Shown in pieces: positions 19,473 through 28,911 of a DNA stretch of 64,000 bases. Within the stretch, counting starts at the first letter, position 1; each line of letters starts with the position of its first letter. Below the pieces are notes generated by a model. The model did not search any database and was not told the origin of the DNA. It saw nothing but the letters and a program-made list of their open reading frames with translations. Source of the stretch: a bacterium (GTDB lineage: Bacteria > UBA10199 > 2-02-FULL-44-16 > JAAZCA01). Position numbers and translations under genes: made by a program. The stretch covers positions 736,001-800,000 of the forward strand of contig CAXXGI010000002.1 in the NCBI GenBank assembly GCA_963674695.2, read 5' to 3'.

Positions 19473-22400
19473 ATGACAACGACACGACCAACATTTCAAT
19501 TTGATCTCCTGAAGCATTCCGCTCTGCATGCCCTCGTCTGGGATCTGCTCGAGCGCGATCGAGGTATGAATAGGCGCGATCGCGCCGATATGGTTTTGGC
19601 GCTCAATAATCCGGATCTCTTTGAGAAGCATCCCTCCCTCCAGGACCAGTTCTTTCGATCCATCGCTTCCGAGCAAAACCGGGTCTTTGATCTCGCTTCC
19701 GTGGTTTCAGCGCGTTCGCAACTCTATGCCACCGATGCCTTCGAGCGCCTGCCGCCGGTGGTCGAAGGGACGGTCCATAACCCGATACGCATCTTGAACG
19801 CGATCTATGCGGCTCGTCTGGGCGATGCGGGGATGCAGGGGCGGTCGGGGGCCGTTTCCGCGATGTCTGCCTGGAGGGGGCTGCCGCTCGCTCCTCGCGT
19901 AAGCGATGACGAGGAACTTGGAGTGGCCATGCTCGATGCGCACGCCTACGCGATGATCGCGTCGGCTGTGGCCGCATCGCGCCCGGTAATCGTCGAGTTC
20001 GGTGCGGGGGATACGCCCTACGGGATACAGCTCGCTGCCGAGAATCCGGAAGCATCGGTCTTCTCTATCGAACCGAACGTGGATTACTTCGACTGGAGGA
20101 CGCTGGGCAATCCCGAGGTGCCGGAGAACTTTCACTTCCTCGGCGGAACGGTCGAGGGGCTCTTGCCGCTGGCCCTGCTCGGCCCCTTCGCCGATCGGAT
20201 CGTGACGGTCGCGCCGCGCGCCGACAGCATGCCGCTCTTCGTGCTCGCGGGGCTGGCCATGTTGCGCCCGGGCGGAGTCCTTGAAATGTTCACGGAGGAT
20301 CGCAAGAGCATCGCGGAGGCGGGAGATGTGCAATCCCTCGGGGTTTCCGTCGATTCCCGTAAACTCTCCCCAGCTCTCGCGCGTTCGATCCCCAGCCAGT
20401 ATCTCGAATTCCTGGGTCCGGAGGTCTATCGCCTGCGCGCGCGCCTGTCCGACGACTTGCGGGCACGCTTTCGTTTCGATCGGGGAGAGCGCTCAGTCGC
20501 GCGCCGAACCATGCTCTCCACCATGCCATATGCGATGGAAGCCGAGCGCCGAGGCATCAGGGTGGAGATCAATCTTCCCTCGGATCTGCACTATCGCGAG
20601 GTGATCGATGATGAGGCCATCGATCGTTTCTTCGAGATGTTCTTCGAGACGGCGATCGATCGTGCGACCGATCGCGGTGGAGCGATACGCATCGGCTGGG
20701 AAGAGGGCGCGTTTACGATGGAGGCGAAGGGTCTCTTCTCCCAACTTTCGGCGGAACAGTTTCGCATGCTCACGCTCGCCTGGGATTACAATCAACATAT
20801 TCAGGCCCAGTATGCACAGCCGTCCTCCCGCGATATTCCCTTCCTTCGCTGGACGAGTGTCTTTTCCGCCGACGCCGATCACAGCGTCCGCTTTCGCATC
20901 ACTCCGCGCGATGGGGACGTGCAGATCGATCGTCCGACGAACGGTCTTGCGGCGGTCGAGGCCTTTGAACGGCAATTGGATGAGATCGATAAACAGGTGA
21001 CCCAAAGGCAGCAGGAGGTCTTCGATCAGCTCCACGGGAAGCCGCTCACCGAGGAGGCCTTCCGGACGGTCTACAGACCGTTGGTGGATGAGGGCGAGGA
21101 GTACCTCGCCGCAATTTGGCAGCAGCAGGAAGAGCTCACTGCGCGCGCAAAGCGGGAGGGCTGGCCGACGGAGGCGATCGAGCGCGTCGGTTCCGGGTAT
21201 CATGATTATACGATGATGTGGCACAACCCCATACAGTGGGGTGAGCTCTATGCGTTGCGCCTTCAAAATGGGGGCGAGTATCGCTTCGATCTCGCCAGTT
21301 TCGGCAAGGCGCGTACCCTCGGCGATACGGCATATTCCGCTCGGCGGGCATTCGAGGAGATCGCTTCGAAGGATGGTCTTGAAATCGATGTCGGTGATCT
21401 TCCCGCGGAGATTGACGAAGCGATTCCGACACGCGAGGCGTGGAGGCACTTTCGCCGCATCCTCTACAACCTCCTCTCCAACAGCTCCAAGTACTACAAC
21501 CCGTCGGTCCCGGAAGGCGAGCGATGGGCGCGGGTGCGGTTCTCGCTCGAAGGCGGGTCGCTTCAGATCGAGGCCAGTGACAACGGGCGCGGGATGTCGG
21601 CCGATATGCTCAAGCGTTTCGGCGAGCAGGGTTGGCGCGACCCGGCGGTCGTCGCCGAGGGGATCGAAGGGACGGGGACGGGTTCCGGGAGCATCATCGC
21701 GAGTGTAAAGCGGCTCGGCGGAACGTTTGCGGTCGAATCGGAGCTGGGGAAGGGTTCGAGCTTCCACATCGCGCTTCCGCTCGAAGGTCTCCTCGGCGCG
21801 GAGAAGGCGGCCAAGATCAAAGCGTCGACGCCGGTCGTGCGAATCATGCGCAACGATGGGAAGGGGGATAGGGAAGATCCGGCCTATAGTGTCCATCCGG
21901 CTTCACCGGAGACGCTCAAACGGTTGCAAAATAATTATGCCAATTATTCCGAGATAAAGCCCATCATGCGATATCCCTTCTTTGTTGACATCGAAAACGG
22001 AACGATCCTGATGGCGCAGTACGGATTATTCAAAGAAGATACGGGGGAATTCCAGAAAGGCCTTTCCAGTCACGCGAAGATACTTGAGCAGATCAAGCGC
22101 GACGGGGGGAGGGATCTGGATCGAATCGTGATCTCCCAATACATTCAGGAGAATGATGGGGGTGGGATGCTGATGTTGACGAGGGGACAGTATGGAGGAG
22201 AGGGGATCGCTCCCCCCGTCTTTGCCGAGGCGATTGCGCTCGTCGCTCGAATGTGTGGACAGCGCAACGGCCATGTGTTGCTCGGCGAGGAGATGACGAC
22301 ATTTGCATTCGAGGGGGCGCACACCGGACGGCCGCGCTGGAATGATTTTGAGGAAATCTCTTACGGTGACGAGCTGCTCGATATGCTCTGGGATGGTGGC

Positions 22401-22610
22401 ATTCGTGTTAACGAGGATGGCTCATCCGAGTCGTTCAGCCTGTCCCATCCGCCGACGCTGATCGACGCTGCCTTCGACGTGACCGACATCGCCCCCGCCG
22501 ATCTCGACCCCTTCCTCGAAGAGGATGCCCATCTCATGGGCAGCGACCTCATGGCCGGTGCACATCTCTTCGCCGCCGCCCCCTTCGTGATGCCCGTGCC
22601 GATGTTGTAG
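19473..22610 (+). CDS. Large chimeric orphan: SAM-methyltransferase-like domain plus histidine-kinase ATPase domain
   Basis: IVEFGAGD..FSIEP..LRPGG (class I MTase-like); NLLSNSSKY, DNGRGM, GTGTG, ESELGKGSSF (HATPase_c). Confidence 0.75.
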   Translation: MTTTRPTFQFDLLKHSALHALVWDLLERDRGMNRRDRADMVLALNNPDLFEKHPSLQDQFFRSIASEQNRVFDLASVVSARSQLYATDAFERLPPVVEGTVHNPIRILNAIYAARLGDAGMQGRSGAVSAMSAWRGLPLAPRVSDDEELGVAMLDAHAYAMIASAVAASRPVIVEFGAGDTPYGIQLAAENPEASVFSIEPNVDYFDWRTLGNPEVPENFHFLGGTVEGLLPLALLGPFADRIVTVAPRADSMPLFVLAGLAMLRPGGVLEMFTEDRKSIAEAGDVQSLGVSVDSRKLSPALARSIPSQYLEFLGPEVYRLRARLSDDLRARFRFDRGERSVARRTMLSTMPYAMEAERRGIRVEINLPSDLHYREVIDDEAIDRFFEMFFETAIDRATDRGGAIRIGWEEGAFTMEAKGLFSQLSAEQFRMLTLAWDYNQHIQAQYAQPSSRDIPFLRWTSVFSADADHSVRFRITPRDGDVQIDRPTNGLAAVEAFERQLDEIDKQVTQRQQEVFDQLHGKPLTEEAFRTVYRPLVDEGEEYLAAIWQQQEELTARAKREGWPTEAIERVGSGYHDYTMMWHNPIQWGELYALRLQNGGEYRFDLASFGKARTLGDTAYSARRAFEEIASKDGLEIDVGDLPAEIDEAIPTREAWRHFRRILYNLLSNSSKYYNPSVPEGERWARVRFSLEGGSLQIEASDNGRGMSADMLKRFGEQGWRDPAVVAEGIEGTGTGSGSIIASVKRLGGTFAVESELGKGSSFHIALPLEGLLGAEKAAKIKASTPVVRIMRNDGKGDREDPAYSVHPASPETLKRLQNNYANYSEIKPIMRYPFFVDIENGTILMAQYGLFKEDTGEFQKGLSSHAKILEQIKRDGGRDLDRIVISQYIQENDGGGMLMLTRGQYGGEGIAPPVFAEAIALVARMCGQRNGHVLLGEEMTTFAFEGAHTGRPRWNDFEEISYGDELLDMLWDGGIRVNEDGSSESFSLSHPPTLIDAAFDVTDIAPADLDPFLEEDAHLMGSDLMAGAHLFAAAPFVMPVPML

Positions 22611-22770
22611 GGACGGCAATGACCATTCAACCTGGCCGCGGATGCGTCATATGTGATTGACAGGGGTGGTTCTTGTGGGATAGAGGCGCCGCTTCGTTTT
22701 TTGACGCGTATCGGATGTGAATGTCGCTCGAAGCTGAGATTCCCTTTTTCGACAACATCACAAATAGCGC

Positions 22771-22797
22771 GCAACTTTTTCGATCTTCGATCGATGT
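22771..22797 (+). promoter_or_regulatory. Sigma28-like promoter GCAACTTT-N11-ATCGATGT
   Basis: Same -35 and spacing as the other copies; weaker -10; 45 bp before ORF 22843. Confidence 0.4.
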
Positions 22798-22842
22798 ATT
22801 CGTGTCGCTGCGAATTCCATCGGGTCGGACATCGGAGGTCGT

Positions 22843-24378
22843 GTGGTCAGGATCACGAGGACAACAACGTCAATTCAAGAGACCGAACGCCTGCGTTCGG
22901 CGCAGGGCATGCTTGCGCGCGTCCTCGGTCTTGAGTCGGGGCAGGCCGATGCGGCAGCGGCTCATGTGACGGGGCTTCGTGACACCTATGTGCGAGTCGG
23001 TCCATCGGAGATCGGGTTTGCCGATGGGATCTTTGGGTTTGCCGGACGGATCTTCTCCGAGCGGCTCAATGCAGGCAGCGATCGCCCGACGGCAGTCGAT
23101 GCCGGTGTGGTCGAAGGAGCCTTTCGCGCCTATCTCATCGGCGGACAATCCGTCTTCTTCGGAAGTCGCGTTCCCCAACGAGCGCTCGCGAAACGGGTCG
23201 ACGGGGATATTGTGGTCGCCTATCATGCCCTGGCCTCCTCGGAGATCGGTTCGGATTTTGCCCGAACGATCGCGCGGTTTCTCGGCCAGGTCCGGAATTC
23301 GTCGGCATCGCCCGAAAACGAGCGGAATCGTCTCGATGCCCTGTTGCGCAGCGCAGGAATGCGTTCCCAGGTGGAGGCGCTGCTTGCCACCTACGACACG
23401 TTTTTCTTCGACCGGCTGATCCATGAGGTGCAGCAGGGCGTGCAATCGGCTCGAACGGCCCTTGCACAAGGGAACAGCGATGACGCGCTCGTGCAGCTCA
23501 AAGGGTTGCTGCCGCGCATCGAGCGTTCGACCGACCTGCGTACGTGTCTGCGGGCGCTGCTGATCGGCTATGAGCAGCAGGATGAGATCAATGCGCGTGC
23601 GGACGACGGGGAGGCGTGGGCGCTCATGCTGCGTCAGGGGCGCTCGCTCCTGCACGACCTCAACGGGATTGAGACGGCCATGGGCGGCTTTATCCGCCTG
23701 GTGGTTCGGCTGGGTCAGAGGGATGTCGCCGAACTCGAGCGGACAATGCGTTCCTATCTGCTGCAGTATGATCTCTCGACGGTCGGATCGATCTTCCGGT
23801 TCGTTCGCACGATGTTGGAGCCGATGGCGAAACATCAGGGGGTGGACCTGCGCCTGGGGGAGCTCTCCGAACGGTTCGTGGCACCCGGTCGCCGTCGCGC
23901 ATTGCTGCGCATGATCAATGAATATGGATCGAACGCCCTGAAATATCACGCCCGTGAACGCGCGCGCCGCACGGTTTACCTCGATGCACGCGAGCGAGGC
24001 GGCGTTGTTCGTCCGCGCGTGATCGACAACGGCGTTGGCATCGGGGATATCGATGCCGCGAGGCGAATGGATGTGCGCGAACGACCCGATCTGGCTGACG
24101 GCACGGGAACGGGGCTGGCCGGAAACGAGATGTTGGCACAGATGAACGGCTGGACCGTTGCGTTGGATTCGCGGCCGGGGTTGTGGACGAAGGCCGAGAT
24201 CGTCATCTCCTCCGATGAACTGGGCGTCTCTTCCGACGAGGCGTTGGTCGAAGCAATTTCTGTTTATTCCGATGCGGATGGTTTCTCACCTGAAGTGATT
24301 GCCGAAGCGGTCTTGTCCGGGGCGTATGGACTGGACGCCACCGTTCCGTTTTCCCCGGTTGTGCCGACCCTGCTCTAA
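22843..24378 (+). CDS. Soluble orphan histidine-kinase-like protein
   Basis: LLHDLNG (H-box-like), SNALKY, IDNGVGI, GTGTGL; no TM segment and no adjacent response regulator. Confidence 0.75.
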   Translation: MVRITRTTTSIQETERLRSAQGMLARVLGLESGQADAAAAHVTGLRDTYVRVGPSEIGFADGIFGFAGRIFSERLNAGSDRPTAVDAGVVEGAFRAYLIGGQSVFFGSRVPQRALAKRVDGDIVVAYHALASSEIGSDFARTIARFLGQVRNSSASPENERNRLDALLRSAGMRSQVEALLATYDTFFFDRLIHEVQQGVQSARTALAQGNSDDALVQLKGLLPRIERSTDLRTCLRALLIGYEQQDEINARADDGEAWALMLRQGRSLLHDLNGIETAMGGFIRLVVRLGQRDVAELERTMRSYLLQYDLSTVGSIFRFVRTMLEPMAKHQGVDLRLGELSERFVAPGRRRALLRMINEYGSNALKYHARERARRTVYLDARERGGVVRPRVIDNGVGIGDIDAARRMDVRERPDLADGTGTGLAGNEMLAQMNGWTVALDSRPGLWTKAEIVISSDELGVSSDEALVEAISVYSDADGFSPEVIAEAVLSGAYGLDATVPFSPVVPTLL

Positions 24379-24442
24379 CTCCCCTGTGCAACGACCCGGT
24401 TTCCCCTTGCCACCCCCTGGAAAGACGGGCTAAAACGTCCGT

Positions 24443-25792
24443 ATGGCTGAACAGAATCTGCTCATCGTCAACGCCTGTCTCATCACCGGTCGCGGGCCGG
24501 TCTTTCCCGACGGATTCGTCCACATCAGCGGTTCGCGCATCGCAGCCCTCGGGCCGATGTCGCGCTGTCCGAAACATGGCGCCATGCAGGTCATCGATGC
24601 GCATGACCGCTTTGTCCTCCCCGGTTTCATCAATCCCCACATGCATCTCTATGGGGCGCTCGCCTGCGGGATGGAGCTGCCGCGCATGCGCCACTTTGGA
24701 AAGGTCCTCAAGGATCTCTGGTGGCGGCTCGATGCCGCACTCGAGCTCGAGGACATCTTCGTGAGCGCGATGCTCGGCGGTGTCGCCGCCATTCGCGCGG
24801 GCGTGACCACCCTCATCGATCACCATGCCAGCTACGGCGCGATCAGCGGCTCGCTGGGGGCCATCTCCGAGGCGTTGGGCGAGCTGGGGCTTCGCGCCAA
24901 CCTCTGTTTCGAGATCTCCGATCGTGCCGGGAAGGGAAGTCGCGACGAGGCGCTCGCCGAAACCGGGCTGTGGCTCGAGAGCGTGCGCAACTGGCTTGCC
25001 GAGGAGCCGCAGTTTCTCCAGCGCGGCATGGTGGGGCTGCACGCCTCGATGACCGTTTCCGATGCCACCTGTGACGCTGCACGCGAACTCATGGATCTCT
25101 TCGATGTCGGCGCACACGTCCATGTCGCCGAGGCGATGGAGGATGTCGCGGCGACGAAGAAGAAGTATCGCCAGCGCCCCGTTGCGCGCCTCTTCAAACA
25201 GGGGCTTCTGCGCCCGGAATCGATCGCCGTCCACTGCGTGCATGTGGATGCAAACGATATTCGCCTGCTCGCCAAGAGTGCGGCGACGGTGGTGCACAAC
25301 CCGCTCTCCAATCTGAATAACGCCGTGGGTGTGGCGCCAGTCCCAGAGATGATGCAGCGGAAGATTCCCATCGTCATCGGTACCGATGGCATGAGTGCCG
25401 GCGTGCAGGACGATCTGCGGGTGGCTTCGGTCTTGCATCGCCCGGGGGCAAAGGATGCCCAGGCCGGTTGGAGCGAGGTTGGCCACGCGCTCTTCGAAAA
25501 CGCGCCCTCGCTCGTCTCGCGCCAGTTCGGTTTCGAGGTGGGAACGCTGGGAAAGAATGCCGCGGCCGATCTCATCATTGCCGATGCTCGGCCCGCAACC
25601 CCCGTGACGAAGGCAAATGTCTTGGCGCACGTTCTCTTCCGTGTGATGACCGCCCCCGTGCGCACAACGATCGTCGCGGGCAGGGTGCTCATGCAGGATT
25701 TTGAAATCCCGGGTCTGGACGAAGAGCGCCTCGCGCGCGACGCACAGAGATGTGCGAAGAAACTGTGGAAACGGATGAAGATGGTTCGATAG
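24443..25792 (+). CDS. ssnA: SsnA-like amidohydrolase
   Basis: PGFINPHMHLYGALACG, WWRLD, GVTTLIDHHAS, GLHASMT, HVHVAE, HNPLSNLNNAVG, GTDG. Confidence 0.75.
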   Translation: MAEQNLLIVNACLITGRGPVFPDGFVHISGSRIAALGPMSRCPKHGAMQVIDAHDRFVLPGFINPHMHLYGALACGMELPRMRHFGKVLKDLWWRLDAALELEDIFVSAMLGGVAAIRAGVTTLIDHHASYGAISGSLGAISEALGELGLRANLCFEISDRAGKGSRDEALAETGLWLESVRNWLAEEPQFLQRGMVGLHASMTVSDATCDAARELMDLFDVGAHVHVAEAMEDVAATKKKYRQRPVARLFKQGLLRPESIAVHCVHVDANDIRLLAKSAATVVHNPLSNLNNAVGVAPVPEMMQRKIPIVIGTDGMSAGVQDDLRVASVLHRPGAKDAQAGWSEVGHALFENAPSLVSRQFGFEVGTLGKNAAADLIIADARPATPVTKANVLAHVLFRVMTAPVRTTIVAGRVLMQDFEIPGLDEERLARDAQRCAKKLWKRMKMVR

Positions 25793-25964
25793 TTCGATAG
25801 TTCGATAGTTCGATAGTTCGATAGTTCGATAGTTCGATAGTTCGATAGTTCGATAGTTCGATAGTTCGATAGTTCGATAGTTCGATAGTTCGATAGTTCG
25901 ATAGTTCGATAGTTCGATAGTTCGATAGTTCGATAGTTCGATAGTTCGATAGTTCGATAGTTCG
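25784..25964. repeat. Perfect 8-mer tandem repeat (GTTCGATA)x22 plus a partial unit
   Basis: Counted directly; supplies the TAG stop of the ssnA-like gene; short opposite arm accgacgaaccgacg at about 26005-26019. Confidence 0.97.
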
Positions 25965-26028
25965 GAATAATTTTGACACTTTATCATGGCATTGAAACGC
26001 TGTAACCGACGAACCGACGGGAGGCGTT

Positions 26029-27411
26029 ATGAACAAAGAATACATCTGGGGACCAACGTTTGAGGAGATGCTGCATCCCGAGAAGATTCCCGCCGATTTG
26101 CGCAAGAAGGCACTGGGCGTCCTCGAGGGGGATCCGCTCTCGCCGCTCAACCTCTTCAACATCACCTGGCGCGACGGGGGCAATCGCATCCGTCACGTCG
26201 TGCTGCCCGAGGCGCTCACCGGCGTTCCCACGCCGATCGTGCTCCTCATCGGAACAGGCTTCCCGACCGGTTCGCACAAGGTCGGCGCCACCTATTCCTG
26301 CACGATCGAGAAACAGGTGCGTGATGAAATCGAACCCGGAAAGCATCGCCTCGTCTGGCCCTCCACCGGCAACTACGGCGTGGGCGGGGCCTATGTGGGC
26401 GAGCGGATGAACTATGACTCCTTCGTGATCCTCCCCGAGGAGATGAGTCAGGAACGCTTCGACAAGATCACCTGGTACGGTGCGAAGTATGCCAAGACGC
26501 CAGGCTGCGAGTCGAACGTGAAGGAGATCTACGACAAGGCCTGGGAGCTCTCGCGCGAGCCGAATACGATCATCGTCAACCAGTTTTCAGAATTCGCCAA
26601 CTATCGTTTCCATTATTACGTCACGGGGACGACGCTCCTCGAATGCTTCGACGAGCTCAAGGCCAAGGGTGTGGGCACGCGCTTCGCTGGGATCACCTCG
26701 GCGATGGGTTCGTCCGGCACGATCGCCTGCGCCGAGCGCGTGAAAGAGGTGCATCCCGATTGCCTCACCATCGGCCTCGAACCGATCCAGTGTCCCACGC
26801 TCTATTCCAATGGCTTCGGTGGCCACGACATCCAGGGGATCGGCGACAAACACGTCACCTTCATCCATAATACCGACGCGATGGACGCGATCATCTGTAT
26901 CGATGAATGGGATTCGAAGAAGGGGATGCAGCTCATTCACGAGGAAGTTGGTCGGCGCGCACTCGTCGACGCCGGCGTGGACGCGAATCTTCTCGAGTGC
27001 ATCAAGGACGTCTTCGGCATCTCCACCATCTGCAACATCCTGGGCGCGATCAAGACGGCCAAACACTATCGGCTGGGAAAAGATGATGTCCTCTTCACGA
27101 TCGCCACGGATGGAATCGATCGCTACTACAGCGTGATGGAACAGATGGATGCGAAGTGTGGCAAGATGGATGCCGAGGAGGCGCGTCGTCGGTACGAATC
27201 GATCTTCCTACGTCAGCCCATCGATTATATCCGCGAAGGGACCGAGCACGCCAAGGACTGTTGGGCCAATCTGAAATACTATACCTGGGTCGAGCAGCAG
27301 GGGAAGGCGGTCGAGGAACTGCGCGCACAGCGCTCACCCGAATACTGGCAGGCCCAGCGCGAACAGCTCGCCGAGACCGATCGCCTCATCCGCGATAAGC
27401 GGGGTTGGTGA
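26029..27411 (+). CDS. PLP-dependent fold-type II enzyme (cysteine synthase/ammonia-lyase-like)
   Basis: PTGSHKVGA (PLP Lys), WPSTGNYG, MGSSGT phosphate loop, HDIQGIGD. Confidence 0.85.
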   Translation: MNKEYIWGPTFEEMLHPEKIPADLRKKALGVLEGDPLSPLNLFNITWRDGGNRIRHVVLPEALTGVPTPIVLLIGTGFPTGSHKVGATYSCTIEKQVRDEIEPGKHRLVWPSTGNYGVGGAYVGERMNYDSFVILPEEMSQERFDKITWYGAKYAKTPGCESNVKEIYDKAWELSREPNTIIVNQFSEFANYRFHYYVTGTTLLECFDELKAKGVGTRFAGITSAMGSSGTIACAERVKEVHPDCLTIGLEPIQCPTLYSNGFGGHDIQGIGDKHVTFIHNTDAMDAIICIDEWDSKKGMQLIHEEVGRRALVDAGVDANLLECIKDVFGISTICNILGAIKTAKHYRLGKDDVLFTIATDGIDRYYSVMEQMDAKCGKMDAEEARRRYESIFLRQPIDYIREGTEHAKDCWANLKYYTWVEQQGKAVEELRAQRSPEYWQAQREQLAETDRLIRDKRGW

Positions 27412-27414
27412 AGC

Positions 27415-28845
27415 CTACTTCGACAGCGTCTGCTGAATGGCGAGTGCCCTTTCGTTCTGCGGGTCGAGTGTCAAGGCGCGGCGGAGCGTTTCTCGGGCCA
27501 GGTCTGTTTTTTTCATCCCCCGATAAGCTTCGGCGAGATTGACGAGGGCATCGACATCGTCCGGATGGCGCACGAGGTGTTCCTTAAAATCCGTTTCCGC
27601 TTCCGGATAGCGCTTGAGGCCGAGGAGGGCTTCGGCTCGAATCGAACGGATGTCGTCGCCGTTGTCCCCTGTTATCAATGTTCTATCGAAATCATCGAGG
27701 GCAGCGGCATAATGGCCCCGCTCCAGCCGGATGGCCCCGCGAGCTTTGAAGAAGATGAGGTCATTTGTTCCGCTGTCGATGATGAGGTTTATCTGGGTCT
27801 CCGCATCGGCGAATTCCTCCAGGGCGGCGTGTGCCAGGGAGAGGGCAAAGCGGAGCCAGATGTCGTCAGGGGAGAGGGCGACAGCCCGCAGGAAATCCTC
27901 TTTGGCGCCGACATGATCTTCGATTCGGGAACGCTTATTCGCGCGAAAGGCGAGGGCTAGTCTGTTGCGCGGGTCGAGCGCAATGACGTCTCCGAATGTG
28001 GCGATGGCCTCGGCATGTTTCCCCCGGCCGGCGAAGACGCGGCCCAGTTCAAAATGCGCAGCGACGTTCTTCGAATCGAGCGCGACGGCTTTTTGCAGCA
28101 GTGCCGCGCCTTTATCGAGATCGCCTCGGTTGAGCATTGCTTTTGCGGCATGGAACATCAGAGTCGACCGAAGACGGTCGCCTGTAAGCGGTGCAAGGTA
28201 GACGCCGCCCTCGACGGATTCGGGTGCGAGATCGAATTCGTCGATGAGCGTTTTCGGTGCATCCGCATATATTTCTCGACCGGAAATGACGAAACCCGGG
28301 CGTCCTTCTCCCTTCCACCGCAGGAGCAAGTTGGAACGCTCGGCGATGATCTCCACAGGCCAGTTCAACTCGTGCCCGACGGCGATGAGCGCCAGCGTTG
28401 CCGTCTGATCGGAACAGGCGTCGTTGGCCAGATCTTCGGAAAAGAAATGGGTATGGAAGCTCCCGTCGATGCGCTTCGATTGCAGCTGATCGATGATCTC
28501 CAGAATGGCTTTCTGCGGAGTTGTTGGAGGACTGGAATGCGCTTCGCGCATTCGCGCGATGATCGCGCGCAGCTTCATTTCGGCATCGGCGGTCAGGTCG
28601 TTGGGGATGGCCGTTGATTCCAGTTGTAACAGTTCGAGGATCGGGTTGCTCAGAGAGAGCGGGGCTGTTCGGAGCAGCATCGTCTTCGGCGTGATGTCGG
28701 ACGTAAGGGGAACGGCATTCGGCGCGTGCGCAAAATTCGAACTCGTCGGTCTCTTCGCGTCATCCGCGGTTTTATGGATGGCGCGCTCGGTGTTCTTCCG
28801 CGGCGAGGTGCCCGCGGGCGGGCGGCGGTCGATAGGTTGTGTCAT
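27415..28845 (-). CDS. TPR protein with a degenerate SirB1/transglutaminase-like domain and a disordered N-terminus
   Basis: Multiple TPR-like helices (ALDPRN, ALSPDD, TLDPQN); Pro/Thr-rich N-terminus. Confidence 0.75.
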   Translation of the reverse strand: MTQPIDRRPPAGTSPRKNTERAIHKTADDAKRPTSSNFAHAPNAVPLTSDITPKTMLLRTAPLSLSNPILELLQLESTAIPNDLTADAEMKLRAIIARMREAHSSPPTTPQKAILEIIDQLQSKRIDGSFHTHFFSEDLANDACSDQTATLALIAVGHELNWPVEIIAERSNLLLRWKGEGRPGFVISGREIYADAPKTLIDEFDLAPESVEGGVYLAPLTGDRLRSTLMFHAAKAMLNRGDLDKGAALLQKAVALDSKNVAAHFELGRVFAGRGKHAEAIATFGDVIALDPRNRLALAFRANKRSRIEDHVGAKEDFLRAVALSPDDIWLRFALSLAHAALEEFADAETQINLIIDSGTNDLIFFKARGAIRLERGHYAAALDDFDRTLITGDNGDDIRSIRAEALLGLKRYPEAETDFKEHLVRHPDDVDALVNLAEAYRGMKKTDLARETLRRALTLDPQNERALAIQQTLSK

Positions 28846-28861
28846 CGCAGGTTAGACTCCC

Positions 28862-28888
28862 TGATCGGTGAAGACGGTCCCTCTTTAC
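28862..28888 (-). promoter_or_regulatory. Sigma28-like promoter GTAAAGAG-N11-ACCGATCA
   Basis: Canonical spacing, directly upstream of the TPR orphan. Confidence 0.4.
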
Positions 28889-28911
28889 GGGCAGTCACAC
28901 GCTGCTTGTGT

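Noticed and set aside
25784-25964. Possible CRISPR array
   Set aside because: Contiguous 8-mer units with no unique spacers, and no cas genes in the window
24203-26189. Minus-strand ORFs with (IELSNYRT)n repeats
   Set aside because: Translation of the DNA tandem repeat, antisense to well-supported genes
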